DNA from: Nitrospirales bacterium
Lineage (GTDB): Bacteria > Nitrospirota > Nitrospiria > Nitrospirales > UBA8639
Length of the DNA stretch: 64,000 nucleotides
NCBI GenBank assembly: GCA_965223295.1
Contig: CBDCWC010000003.1
Location: 1,056,001 to 1,120,000 of the forward strand
Direction: 5' to 3'
Shown here: positions 18,291 through 26,989 of the stretch, piece by piece
Numbering within the stretch: the first letter of the stretch is position 1
Layout of the letters: every line of letters begins with the position of its first letter
The notes under the pieces: model-generated
Told to the model about the DNA's origin: nothing
The model's database searches: none
Seen by the model: the letters and a program-made list of their open reading frames with translations, nothing else
Made by a program: the position numbers and the translations under genes

Positions 18291-18396
18291 GGAAGAAATT
18301 TCTGATATACATACACTTCACTTTAAAGTATCTTGCATGAGTGCCTGGTTATAAAGTCAAGGTTCTAAATGTTCATGGCAGAGGCTGATCGAGTAT

Positions 18397-18518
18397 GGGC
18401 CTGTTGAAAAAAGTCGTCAGCGGCGTTCTCGCCATTTTTGAACAGCCCCGAGGCTGGTAATCGCAAACTGCTTCCTGGCGAAATATGGCCCTTGACATCT
18501 TCATTATTCAACACTCCC
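18397..18518 (-). mobile_element. MITE-like repeat, copy C (internally deleted)
   Basis: gggcctgttgaaaaaagtcgtcagcggcgttctcgccatttttgaacagcccc...tcattattcaacactccc; both ends present, middle of the right module missing. Confidence 0.75.
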
Positions 18519-18696
18519 AGTATGTCCATGAAATGACTGTAGTGGATTATAGCCTATAAATTCGAGATCAAGACATTACGATGTGGTGAACTTCTCGCAG
18601 TACACTAGGCAGGTTCGCCATAATCGTGCCCTCGTATTTGGAATTCGCTCAGAAATGATTCGTTATCTGTTTGCGAAAATCGAGCTCTGTTCAGTT

Positions 18697-19800
18697 ATGA
18701 ACCTCTGTTTAAGGATTGTGAGCCTACTTTTTGTCATTCTGGCAATAGGAGCCTTGCAGAGTTGGGCCCAAGAGCCATCTTCTAGCGGTCAAGAATTCGA
18801 GAAACCCGAATCGGTGAGGATTTATCGAAGTCCCGAGGAGCGCAGGGAGGCTAGCTTAGGCACACAGGTTACCGATTGGTTGAGGTTCGGTGGGGTTGTG
18901 GAACTTGAAAAGGAATGGCAGAAAAATAAAATTACAGGTCCGGATAATACCGAGAACCCAGATACGGAACTCGCCATTGAATTGGGTTTTGAGGTTGAGT
19001 ATGAGGAATGGCTTGAAGCTGAAGTGCTCTTTGCGATTGAAGACAATGGTCGCCGCCATTATCAGGAATTAGATGAAGGATTGATTGGAGTGAATCTTGG
19101 AGATTGGGGCATGAAAGTTGGCCGGCTCTACGTCCCCTTTGGGGCGTACTATAGCCACTTTATTTCGGGACCCTTACTTGAGTTCGCACAAACACGGGGC
19201 GACGCCATTCTTATGGATTATACCGTGTTTGATTCGATAGAACTGGCGGCCTATGCCTTCGATAGCAAAGTCGATAAGCGTGAGGATCACAATGAAGTCG
19301 ATTGGGGCATCAGCCTCGAATGGGTTTCAGAGGACGAATCGATGCGAATGGGGGCAGGCTATATTTCAGATTTGTCTGAAAGCGAAGACGAATTGCTCTT
19401 GGATTTTAAGAATACATTTCTTCGTCGGGTTCCCGCCTGGAATGCTTATGCGCTCATAGGACTGAAGAACTTTGAAATCACAGCAGAAATTCTGAGAGCC
19501 ACACGGTCATTTCGTGAATTCCCTAAAAACGCCGATCAACCATTTGCGTTTAATATAGACGTCGCATATTTCCCCTTTCAATTTATTCAAGTTGCCACGC
19601 GGATAGAACATAGCAAAGAGCTCATCGATGAACCGGCATGGCAAACCGGAGTGTCGGTAACGTGGGCTCCTTGGGAGAGCATTACTGTCTCAGTAGATTA
19701 CTTGTACGGCCATTATAAAAAACGATTTGCCTTTGATGATTTTGATAACCCTCAAACTGCTCATCATTTTACGGCTTTGCAACTGACATGGGGATTTTAA
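18697..19800 (+). CDS. LbtU-family-like outer-membrane porin
   Basis: Signal peptide; FGGVVELE, LDEG, GRLYVPFGAYYSHFISGP; C-terminal LQLTWGF barrel signature; start chosen at MNLCL. Confidence 0.72.
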   Translation: MNLCLRIVSLLFVILAIGALQSWAQEPSSSGQEFEKPESVRIYRSPEERREASLGTQVTDWLRFGGVVELEKEWQKNKITGPDNTENPDTELAIELGFEVEYEEWLEAEVLFAIEDNGRRHYQELDEGLIGVNLGDWGMKVGRLYVPFGAYYSHFISGPLLEFAQTRGDAILMDYTVFDSIELAAYAFDSKVDKREDHNEVDWGISLEWVSEDESMRMGAGYISDLSESEDELLLDFKNTFLRRVPAWNAYALIGLKNFEITAEILRATRSFREFPKNADQPFAFNIDVAYFPFQFIQVATRIEHSKELIDEPAWQTGVSVTWAPWESITVSVDYLYGHYKKRFAFDDFDNPQTAHHFTALQLTWGF

Positions 19801-21617
19801 GAGGGTTGGCTGGGTGGCAGCATTCGAAACCGAACTTCGTCGGATTGCGTATAAGCAGACACGGTGTCTCCAACAAATAGTCCACAGCGATACAGTCCGG
19901 GCGTCCATCCAGTTTGCGGTGGAGAGAGCACAAAATATCCTGTTTGTTCGTTTGTCGACATAATCACTTGATCCTGAATCAACGGATCCCCGCCCCAAGT
20001 AATAGGCGATGTTTCAAGATCACATTGGGCGGTAAGTGGAACGGCATCATAGGAGGCCGTCACAAGCGCAAAGACTAAGTAGATTTCTTCCTGGGTATCG
20101 AGAAATGTGTCATTGGGGTCAATGGGAATGAATTCATGGCTGCCGACTTGTAGGTCATCCCGCAGCACTCCATCTGAGGGAATGACAAAGCGAAACCAGC
20201 TAAAATCGGCATCGCGTCCCATTAACGAGGCTCGGGTATGAAAGAGTTCGTCTGGCTTAAATTTTTTGGCGGCCAGCTGTGTATAGTAATCAGAAGGAGG
20301 ATTAGTGGGGTCTGCGGCAGGCAAGGTCTCATTGGCGTCTTCCACAGGCTTTTGCTCCTGTGGGAGATGTCGTCGCACTGTTTCAAACCAAGGTGCAAGT
20401 ATCTCTTCATCAATAATCTTTCCACTAACGGTGTTGGGGATCAAGTCCGCGTTTTCTTCAGAATCAGGAGTTTTTGGCTCTGGGTTATTCGCTGAAGGTT
20501 GTGGGGTATTTCGGCTTTCTGGAGGAACCGTGGCAATTTCTTGAAGAATTTCAAAGTGGAGTAAGGCCTCTTCCCATCGCTCTAAGGCGACTAAACTCTG
20601 CCCAATTCGAAAGATCGAATTCAGAAAAATCTCACTGAAATTGTCACCGCCTGGCCCCAGTTCAATGCTTTTTTGAAGAAGCTCGACGGCTTCCTCATGC
20701 TGCCCTAATTCCATCAACGTGCTTCCTAGTTCGTAGGTCACGCGATAATCGGAGGGTTTGAGCGCGAATAGCTCCTTTAGAATTGGCTCGGCTTCCTTGT
20801 AGCGGCCCTTTGCAAAGTATTCCCACCCTTGATGACGAATCAATGCCCACCGTTTTCGTTCCTCTGCAGTCGCCCCTGGACTAAAAATGGGTTCATAGCG
20901 TCGGCCACGCTCTTTTGTTGCGCCATATGTAATCATCAGAAGGTTTCGCGCTGCCATTTCCACCGGAGATCCAGGTTCGACATTTTTCAATACAGACTGC
21001 ACTTCTTTTCGGGCGCCATCATATTGCAAGACATCAAATAACGCGCGCGCCAAATTCAGGCGCCACCCCTGCATCTTTGGCGCCAGGGTGACAGCCTTCT
21101 TGTACCATTCGACCGATTCTTCTAACCGATCGAGCTTCCGAAGGTCTTGCGCTAAGCGTAAGAGGACCAAGGGATTCATTGGAGTATGTTGAGCGATACG
21201 TTCTAGCTCGTCGATGGCCCGGTCCCCTTGTCCCAACCGAGTAAGCACACTCCATTTAGCCCAACGAGCCGGCAAATATTCGGGGGAGTCTTTCAGAATC
21301 GCTTCATAGTTTTCTAAGGCCTCTTGATTGCGACGGGATGTGGCCAGGATATCGCCTCGCAATTTTTTGAGGGCGAGAGAATGAGAATGTTCCAAAAGCC
21401 CTTCTTCGACAATATCCAATGCATGGGGAGGAGAACCATCCAGCCACGCCTCTGTGGCACGTTCAATGACGATATCCTCGGATTCAATGACATGAGCTTG
21501 GGGAAAGGTTAATGCTGCAAACATTAAACTCAGACAGACTGCTGCAGTAATTGAAGTGAAAAATAGTGACAACAAATTAGGTGAAGAATGGTGAGGGCTG
21601 AGAAGGGATTTCGACAT
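19797..21617 (-). CDS. Exported tetratricopeptide-repeat protein
   Basis: N-terminal TM/signal, multiple TPR helix pairs, C-terminal beta domain (WTPGLYRC). Confidence 0.82.
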   Translation of the reverse strand: MSKSLLSPHHSSPNLLSLFFTSITAAVCLSLMFAALTFPQAHVIESEDIVIERATEAWLDGSPPHALDIVEEGLLEHSHSLALKKLRGDILATSRRNQEALENYEAILKDSPEYLPARWAKWSVLTRLGQGDRAIDELERIAQHTPMNPLVLLRLAQDLRKLDRLEESVEWYKKAVTLAPKMQGWRLNLARALFDVLQYDGARKEVQSVLKNVEPGSPVEMAARNLLMITYGATKERGRRYEPIFSPGATAEERKRWALIRHQGWEYFAKGRYKEAEPILKELFALKPSDYRVTYELGSTLMELGQHEEAVELLQKSIELGPGGDNFSEIFLNSIFRIGQSLVALERWEEALLHFEILQEIATVPPESRNTPQPSANNPEPKTPDSEENADLIPNTVSGKIIDEEILAPWFETVRRHLPQEQKPVEDANETLPAADPTNPPSDYYTQLAAKKFKPDELFHTRASLMGRDADFSWFRFVIPSDGVLRDDLQVGSHEFIPIDPNDTFLDTQEEIYLVFALVTASYDAVPLTAQCDLETSPITWGGDPLIQDQVIMSTNEQTGYFVLSPPQTGWTPGLYRCGLFVGDTVSAYTQSDEVRFRMLPPSQPS

Positions 21618-21672
21618 TCAAATAGATGGAGGATCAGGCTATTAAGCAAACTTCTAAACCTTGGATGTACTT

Positions 21673-22713
21673 CTATCGTAATTCTTCATGGATCCCTTCT
21701 GCAATTGGAGGGGCGGTTCCAGCAAGGTTTTCTTGTTCACGCACGGCTTTGATTCGTCCATATAGTCGTCGCAGGTGAGCCTCGTATTCCCCCTTTTTCA
21801 TGCCGGCGTGATCACGTTCAAAAATCCGCCCTAACAGATAGCCGATATTTTCCATAACTCGTAATAGTTTGCCATCAAGCTCTAGTACCTCTTCTGAAAA
21901 GAATTCCATCACGGCCACAACTTTCGTGCCGATTAAAATGGGAAACGCGAAGCCGGCTTTCAATCCAATGTCCGTGGCCAGACTGGCCCGAGGAAAGTTC
22001 GAATCCTTAGTGACATTCTTAATCCATGCCGCTTTACTGCTTGCTAAGACCCGACCCGGCAGCCCGACTCCGGGAACAAATTTGGTGTCTTCCGTCACAC
22101 GTCGAAAACTCTCAAATTTTGCCCAGTCACGGAGAACCCAAATTTTACTCGGACTGAGGATTTCATGATCTCCGTCACGGATATACATATGGGCCACCGG
22201 CCATCCGGTTGAGTCACAAATTTTCTGCATCGCTTGTTTCAATGCGTCTTCAACAGGATCATTGGAATTCGAGATGACCGCAATTTCCTGATTAAGTTCT
22301 AAAAAGATGGTTTCTTGTTTCAAGAGATCATACGCAACTTTCATTTTTTCCGATTCTTTTTGAGCATCCAGGAACCGCAATTGAGCGAGCGCCAAAATAG
22401 CAATCATCCAAATAATCGATATGGCCAACAATCGGTTGGTCCATACCATCCATAAGGGGATGCCAGGATCCGAAATATAAAATCCTTCGAGTGTGAGAAT
22501 CGTTCCTGTGACCGCACCGCCAATGATGAGACGCCGATCCCTGGCCATGAGTCCCAGGAGGACAAGGACAGCATAAGCCTCTCCAATCGAGACACCACGA
22601 GGCAGCATGCCGTCAACAATCGAAATCACCAATGCGCTGGCAATCATAGCAACGAGATAGGCGATTGAGGATTTAGAAAATTGAGAATTATCTTTTGAAG
22701 TGGTGTTGGTCAT
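21673..22713 (-). CDS. Membrane GAF-domain sensor ending in a HisKA_3-like H-box, no ATPase domain
   Basis: Four TMs, GAF (GVGLPGRV, WIKNV, NFPR, AGFAFPI, VMEFFS), C-terminus LRRL...REQE...IAEGIHEELR*. Confidence 0.8.
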   Translation of the reverse strand: MTNTTSKDNSQFSKSSIAYLVAMIASALVISIVDGMLPRGVSIGEAYAVLVLLGLMARDRRLIIGGAVTGTILTLEGFYISDPGIPLWMVWTNRLLAISIIWMIAILALAQLRFLDAQKESEKMKVAYDLLKQETIFLELNQEIAVISNSNDPVEDALKQAMQKICDSTGWPVAHMYIRDGDHEILSPSKIWVLRDWAKFESFRRVTEDTKFVPGVGLPGRVLASSKAAWIKNVTKDSNFPRASLATDIGLKAGFAFPILIGTKVVAVMEFFSEEVLELDGKLLRVMENIGYLLGRIFERDHAGMKKGEYEAHLRRLYGRIKAVREQENLAGTAPPIAEGIHEELR

Positions 22714-22762
22714 GTTGATAGCTCACTTTGTGGAGCAATCGACTGGTCATAGCTGCAAGAAA

Positions 22763-24517
22763 TTAGGTTTCAGTAGAGAGGTAGCCATCGATTCCGCTGG
22801 TTGTGTGGCCCCAAATAGATGGATTCTGAGATGGTTGGTCGGCTCCTTCGAAAACAAACTTTTCTTCCAGCCATCGCACACAATCAAAAATATCTTCAAA
22901 AATATGGTCTTCTGGAATGACTCCAGGCACCAAATCAACCGCACGCAACATCGCAAGGGGTTGACTATTGGTATTTGCCAACAAGACTCGAATGCCTCGT
23001 TTTTGCATATACTCAAAGCCTTGTTCTAACGCATGGGCAGCCGATTGGTCTAGGTATGGCACACGATTCATTTCAAAAATGAGAATCTTGACGGAAGGAA
23101 GTTGTTTCAGGCTGTCGATCAAAAACTGGGAAAATCCAAAAAATACTGGCCCTGAGAACGTTTTGATATACACCTGGTCTAACGTCTCTTGCGGCAAAAT
23201 AAATTCTTCCTGTAAGTCGCAAGGCTTCCTGACCTTGAGGAACTTCAGCGGGAATAGCGCGATTTTCTCTTCACCAATCGATCCCATTTTTTTCATAAAG
23301 AGAAACACGGAGAAGGTCATGCCCATTCCTACGGCCGTGATTAAATCTACAAACACGGTCACGACTAGGACAAGAATGAGGATTACGCCTTCTGCGCGAT
23401 CTACTTTGAGCACTTCTCTGAGCCCCTTATAGTCGATGATATCTAGTCCGACAGTGACCAAAATCGCAGCCAATACCGGAATGGGCACATACCGCACATA
23501 GGAGCCTAAGCCCATGAGCACGGCAATAAGAAACAGGCTAGAGATTACGCCAGCTACTCGTGTTCTCCCCCCGCTTTTGACATTGACAATGGAAGACATG
23601 GTTGTCCCTGCTCCAGGTAATCCCCCAAAGAGCGCAGAAGCCATATTCCCAGCACCCTGTCCCAGGAGCTCACGATCACTATCATGTTTCGTTTCCGTCA
23701 ATTTATCGAGGATCACCGCAGTCAATAAGGTGTCAATACATCCGAGCGCCCCGAGAGTAAATGCGGCACTGATGACAAACCATGGCTCCGAGAAATCCAT
23801 CTGACTTAATGTTGTCAGATGAAAGGTGGGTAATCCTTGAGAGATTTCCCCGATAAGCGGGACTGAAATGCCGCTGGCTATGGCGACACCAGTTCCCACA
23901 AGCAATGCAATAAGGGTGGGCGGAACGACGGTCGTGATCTTTGGCGCGAGGAAAAGAATAGCAAGGGTGAGGCCCCCGAGCCCCAACGCGGCCAAATTCA
24001 TCTTCCCGATGGCTGATGGCAGTTCAACGATGACATTATAGATGGTTGAGGGAGAGTCCAAACCGGCTATGGGATAAATCTCAAATAAGATCAGAATAAC
24101 CCCAATACCCGTCATAAACCCTGAGAGCACCGGATAGGGAATGTATTTGACATTTCCGCCAAATTTGAGGAGACCAAAGGCCATTTGTACCAAGCCGGCT
24201 AGGATGAAAATGCCAATGATGGTCCCCATGGCCTTTTCCAAGTCTCCCGCAAAGGCGATAGCCTGAGAAATAGTAAGCGCTGCGACCACGGTCATAGGAC
24301 CGGTGGGAGTGCTGATGAGGGTCCGTGTGCCGCCGAATGTAATGGCAATGGCCCCGAGGATAATCGCACAGTAGAGCCCAGACACCGCACCGAGTCCGGA
24401 TTGCAGCCCAAAAGCGAGGGCTAGTGGCAGGGTCACGATTCCTGCCGTGAGTCCGCCAAACACATCTCCCTTTATCGTCTGAGCCATATTCCCCAGTCCG
24501 AGTGCATTGGAAGTCAC
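22763..24517 (-). CDS. SulP/SLC26 anion transporter with STAS domain, BicA-like (putative bicarbonate transporter)
   Basis: KGDVFGGLTAGIVTLPLALAFG, GPMTVV, LGCIDTLLT, ELLGQGAGN, STAS (GPVFFG, YLDQSA). Confidence 0.88.
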   Translation of the reverse strand: MTSNALGLGNMAQTIKGDVFGGLTAGIVTLPLALAFGLQSGLGAVSGLYCAIILGAIAITFGGTRTLISTPTGPMTVVAALTISQAIAFAGDLEKAMGTIIGIFILAGLVQMAFGLLKFGGNVKYIPYPVLSGFMTGIGVILILFEIYPIAGLDSPSTIYNVIVELPSAIGKMNLAALGLGGLTLAILFLAPKITTVVPPTLIALLVGTGVAIASGISVPLIGEISQGLPTFHLTTLSQMDFSEPWFVISAAFTLGALGCIDTLLTAVILDKLTETKHDSDRELLGQGAGNMASALFGGLPGAGTTMSSIVNVKSGGRTRVAGVISSLFLIAVLMGLGSYVRYVPIPVLAAILVTVGLDIIDYKGLREVLKVDRAEGVILILVLVVTVFVDLITAVGMGMTFSVFLFMKKMGSIGEEKIALFPLKFLKVRKPCDLQEEFILPQETLDQVYIKTFSGPVFFGFSQFLIDSLKQLPSVKILIFEMNRVPYLDQSAAHALEQGFEYMQKRGIRVLLANTNSQPLAMLRAVDLVPGVIPEDHIFEDIFDCVRWLEEKFVFEGADQPSQNPSIWGHTTSGIDGYLSTET

Positions 24518-24745
24518 AGCTTTGTCTAGCTCCTTGTGCGAAAAAAGGCCTTATCTTGCAGCAACTCTGAGCATACAGGAGGCAAAGTAGATTGTGGAAG
24601 TGGGAAAAGGGAGGTCTAGGCTTGAGGACATCAGTGAATTGACTGCACCAAAGCTATCAAGTGTTTATTGAAGGAGGGTTAGAAAATTGAGAGACGTGAG
24701 ACCAACTAAATGCCAAGTTTGGCCCTGAATTCGAAGCCCTTTAGC

Positions 24746-24931
24746 TTATCGAATAGAGACGCGAGAGGAGAGAGGTGTTTCTGAAATAAGCTGGAACGGA
24801 ATCCATGTCTTACCGGGTTCTTTTGAGGCACTAGCATTTTTTGAGGCAGAAACAGTTCTAGAGAAGTAGAGGTTCAGCAGAACCATGCCCACGATCATGC
24901 CAATTACCACTAAGTCAAAGATAGGATTCAT
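24746..24931 (-). CDS. 61-aa single-TM small protein
   Basis: ATG with purine-rich RBS; hydrophobic LVVIGMIVGMVLLNLYF; sigma54-type promoter about 50 nt upstream. Confidence 0.6.
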   Translation of the reverse strand: MNPIFDLVVIGMIVGMVLLNLYFSRTVSASKNASASKEPGKTWIPFQLISETPLSSRVSIR

Positions 24932-24982
24932 TGTTTCACCTGCCTCATTTCAAAAATGAATAACACATCTACCCTTCAGTAA

Positions 24983-25000
24983 ATGCAAAGGGCATTCCAG
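24983..25000 (-). promoter_or_regulatory. Sigma54 (-24/-12) promoter
   Basis: Minus strand CTGGAATGCCCTTTGCAT = GG-N10-GC with TTGCA. Confidence 0.6.
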
Positions 25001-25138
25001 GGTGTGCCATCACAGGCTGTCCAGAACAATTTTAGGTAAACATTCAATAATATTGGAATAATTTTAAAAAATACTTCTTTTACCCTCTAGTTGGTCATCA
25101 CCAATTACAAAAGGTGTGCGATTTTGCTCGGTGTCATT

Positions 25139-25154
25139 TGTGCAATCTTGCACA
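25139..25154. promoter_or_regulatory. Palindromic upstream activator-like site TGTGCAA-N2-TTGCACA
   Basis: Perfect 7-2-7 palindrome (TGT-N10-ACA form) about 140 nt upstream of the sigma54 motif, with an AT-rich tract between. Confidence 0.5.
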
Positions 25155-25302
25155 TTACTGTCGGTTCGCTGCTTTCTTTCATAAGCGAGGAGAGAAAGGC
25201 GTCTGTATTGGTATTGAACGAAGGTTGGAGGGTGGTTCACCCCTATTCGGTGTATACAGGGATTTTCAGTTTGACCGATAGGAAAATGAACTGGAGGTTC
25301 GC

Positions 25303-25761
25303 ATGCGATATTTGAATATTAGGGGTTTCATTCTGGCCTTATTTATCATTGTTAGTGGATGTGCCTCACCTCAGGAAAGATATATCAACAATGACAATGA
25401 ATTAGATCTCTATTTGAGTACTTTGGATGATAAACATTTCGTCTGGTGTGAATTAGATCTGGAGCAATGTCGCAAAGATTTTGAGGTATGGAAGCTCAGT
25501 TCACGAGGCCAGGCAATCCTAGAGGAATATGAAAACGAGGATTCAGGTCAAACCTACAATACACATGATGTGCCAAATGTCTTTCGTACACGTTTTCTCG
25601 ATGAACGTCAGTTGGTCGAAGAGAGTCGAGGATATGATAGTGGTCAATACTTGGATGTCCTTGAGGAAAGGGGTCTCCCACGTAATCCACCGAACCATGT
25701 ACAACCAGAAACAATACCCGCATCTTCCAAAAAGTATGGCCCTGAAGTTCTTTCCCAATGA
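25303..25761 (+). CDS. Hypothetical lipoprotein
   Basis: GGAGG RBS, lipobox VSGC, WCELDLEQC. Confidence 0.72.
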   Translation: MRYLNIRGFILALFIIVSGCASPQERYINNDNELDLYLSTLDDKHFVWCELDLEQCRKDFEVWKLSSRGQAILEEYENEDSGQTYNTHDVPNVFRTRFLDERQLVEESRGYDSGQYLDVLEERGLPRNPPNHVQPETIPASSKKYGPEVLSQ

Positions 25762-25776
25762 CCGAGATTCTCTGAA

Positions 25777-25850
25777 GGCCCTGTTGAATAATTCAATTGC
25801 AAGTTACGAAAAGGCTTTCAAAGCAGTGGTGGCTTTTTTCAACACTTCCC
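25777..25850 (+). mobile_element. MITE-like repeat, copy D (short form, both termini)
   Basis: ggccctgttgaataa...tggtggcttttttcaacacttccc. Confidence 0.6.
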
Positions 25851-25957
25851 TTAAGGTTATAAGCTTCTGATTGGCAGAGCCCATCCTTGCTCTAGATCCT
25901 CAACGCTTATAGAATTTCCGCGATCATTCTTTATTACTATTTCTTTTTTCGGATTCA

Positions 25958-26719
25958 ATGCCGGGTTCAGCTTCTCGTCGAGGCGAAATATTTTTACATC
26001 GTGGAGATGTGACGCAAGCTCGTGTGTGGTACGAGCAGGCTGTAACCGAAGCGAGAGAGGCAGAGTCTCACAAATCTTTGTCTGATGCGTTGGGAAACTT
26101 AGGGAATGTGTGTGCATTGCTTGAAGATTATGTGCAAGCCGAAATCTGTTATCGCGAAGTCTTAGACATTCAACGGACGCTTCAGGAAGGCAATGTGATT
26201 GGAGAAACGTTGGTCAATCTAGGAAATTTGAAGGCTGATTCTCTTCAACCTGAGAAGGCTCGTGCGTATTATCTTGAGGCATTAGATACGCTACTGCTCC
26301 TTGCCAATGATCGGGCTCTCGGTATTCTGTATAGCAATCTTGCCCTTCAAGAAGTTCATCTAGGCAATTCTAGTGAAGCTGTTGAGGCCTTCGAGACAGC
26401 CTTGGAATACCATCGAAAAGTCGGGAATGAAGATGGGTTAGCGACGACGTATGGCCAACTTGGAAAAACGTTTCTTCACATGGGCCATTCGCAAAAAGCC
26501 GAAGCTTGTTTGAATAATGCGACTGAACATTTCGTTAAGTTAGGCAATAGTTCCGGAGAAGCGGGAGCCTTACGTTTACTAGCTGATCTGTATGAAGAGC
26601 GCGGAGAGAAAATTTCTGCTATTCGATGTATGGAACGTGTCGTCCAGATTGATCGGACCTATCGTTTACCCCAATGTGCGGAAGATGAGCAAAAGTTAAA
26701 AAACTTGCAGGAGGCTTAA
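25958..26719 (+). CDS. Tetratricopeptide-repeat protein
   Basis: About 40-aa repeats ALGNLGNV, TLVNLGNL, LYSNLAL, TYGQLGK. Confidence 0.85.
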   Translation: MPGSASRRGEIFLHRGDVTQARVWYEQAVTEAREAESHKSLSDALGNLGNVCALLEDYVQAEICYREVLDIQRTLQEGNVIGETLVNLGNLKADSLQPEKARAYYLEALDTLLLLANDRALGILYSNLALQEVHLGNSSEAVEAFETALEYHRKVGNEDGLATTYGQLGKTFLHMGHSQKAEACLNNATEHFVKLGNSSGEAGALRLLADLYEERGEKISAIRCMERVVQIDRTYRLPQCAEDEQKLKNLQEA

Positions 26720-26798
26720 CTTTGCTTTCTACTTAATTGGTCTCATAGCCCAAGGGTTCAAAAGTGCTCTGAGCCACGAGATGGGTGGCAATGTTTTT

Positions 26799-26986
26799 GG
26801 GTTTGTTGCAAGAAGTTCGTCTAGCAAGGCCGTAGACATTTTGGCGCGCGGAGCGTAGTGGCAATACGTGAGCGCGGCAAAAAGGCGACCTGACTGCCGA
26901 AACCGCTTTCAGCTTCCATAGCCGCTACGGCGAAGGAGGCCCAGCGAAGGCAGGGAACGCTGCTGGCGGATTTTTTCAACACTACC
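26799..26986 (+). mobile_element. MITE-like repeat, copy E (right module) carrying a 66-bp insertion at 26889-26954
   Basis: agcaaggccgtag...tacgtgagcgcggcaaaaaggcga[CCTG...CAGG]gaacgctgctggcggattttttcaacactacc. Confidence 0.75.
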
Positions 26987-26989
26987 TTT

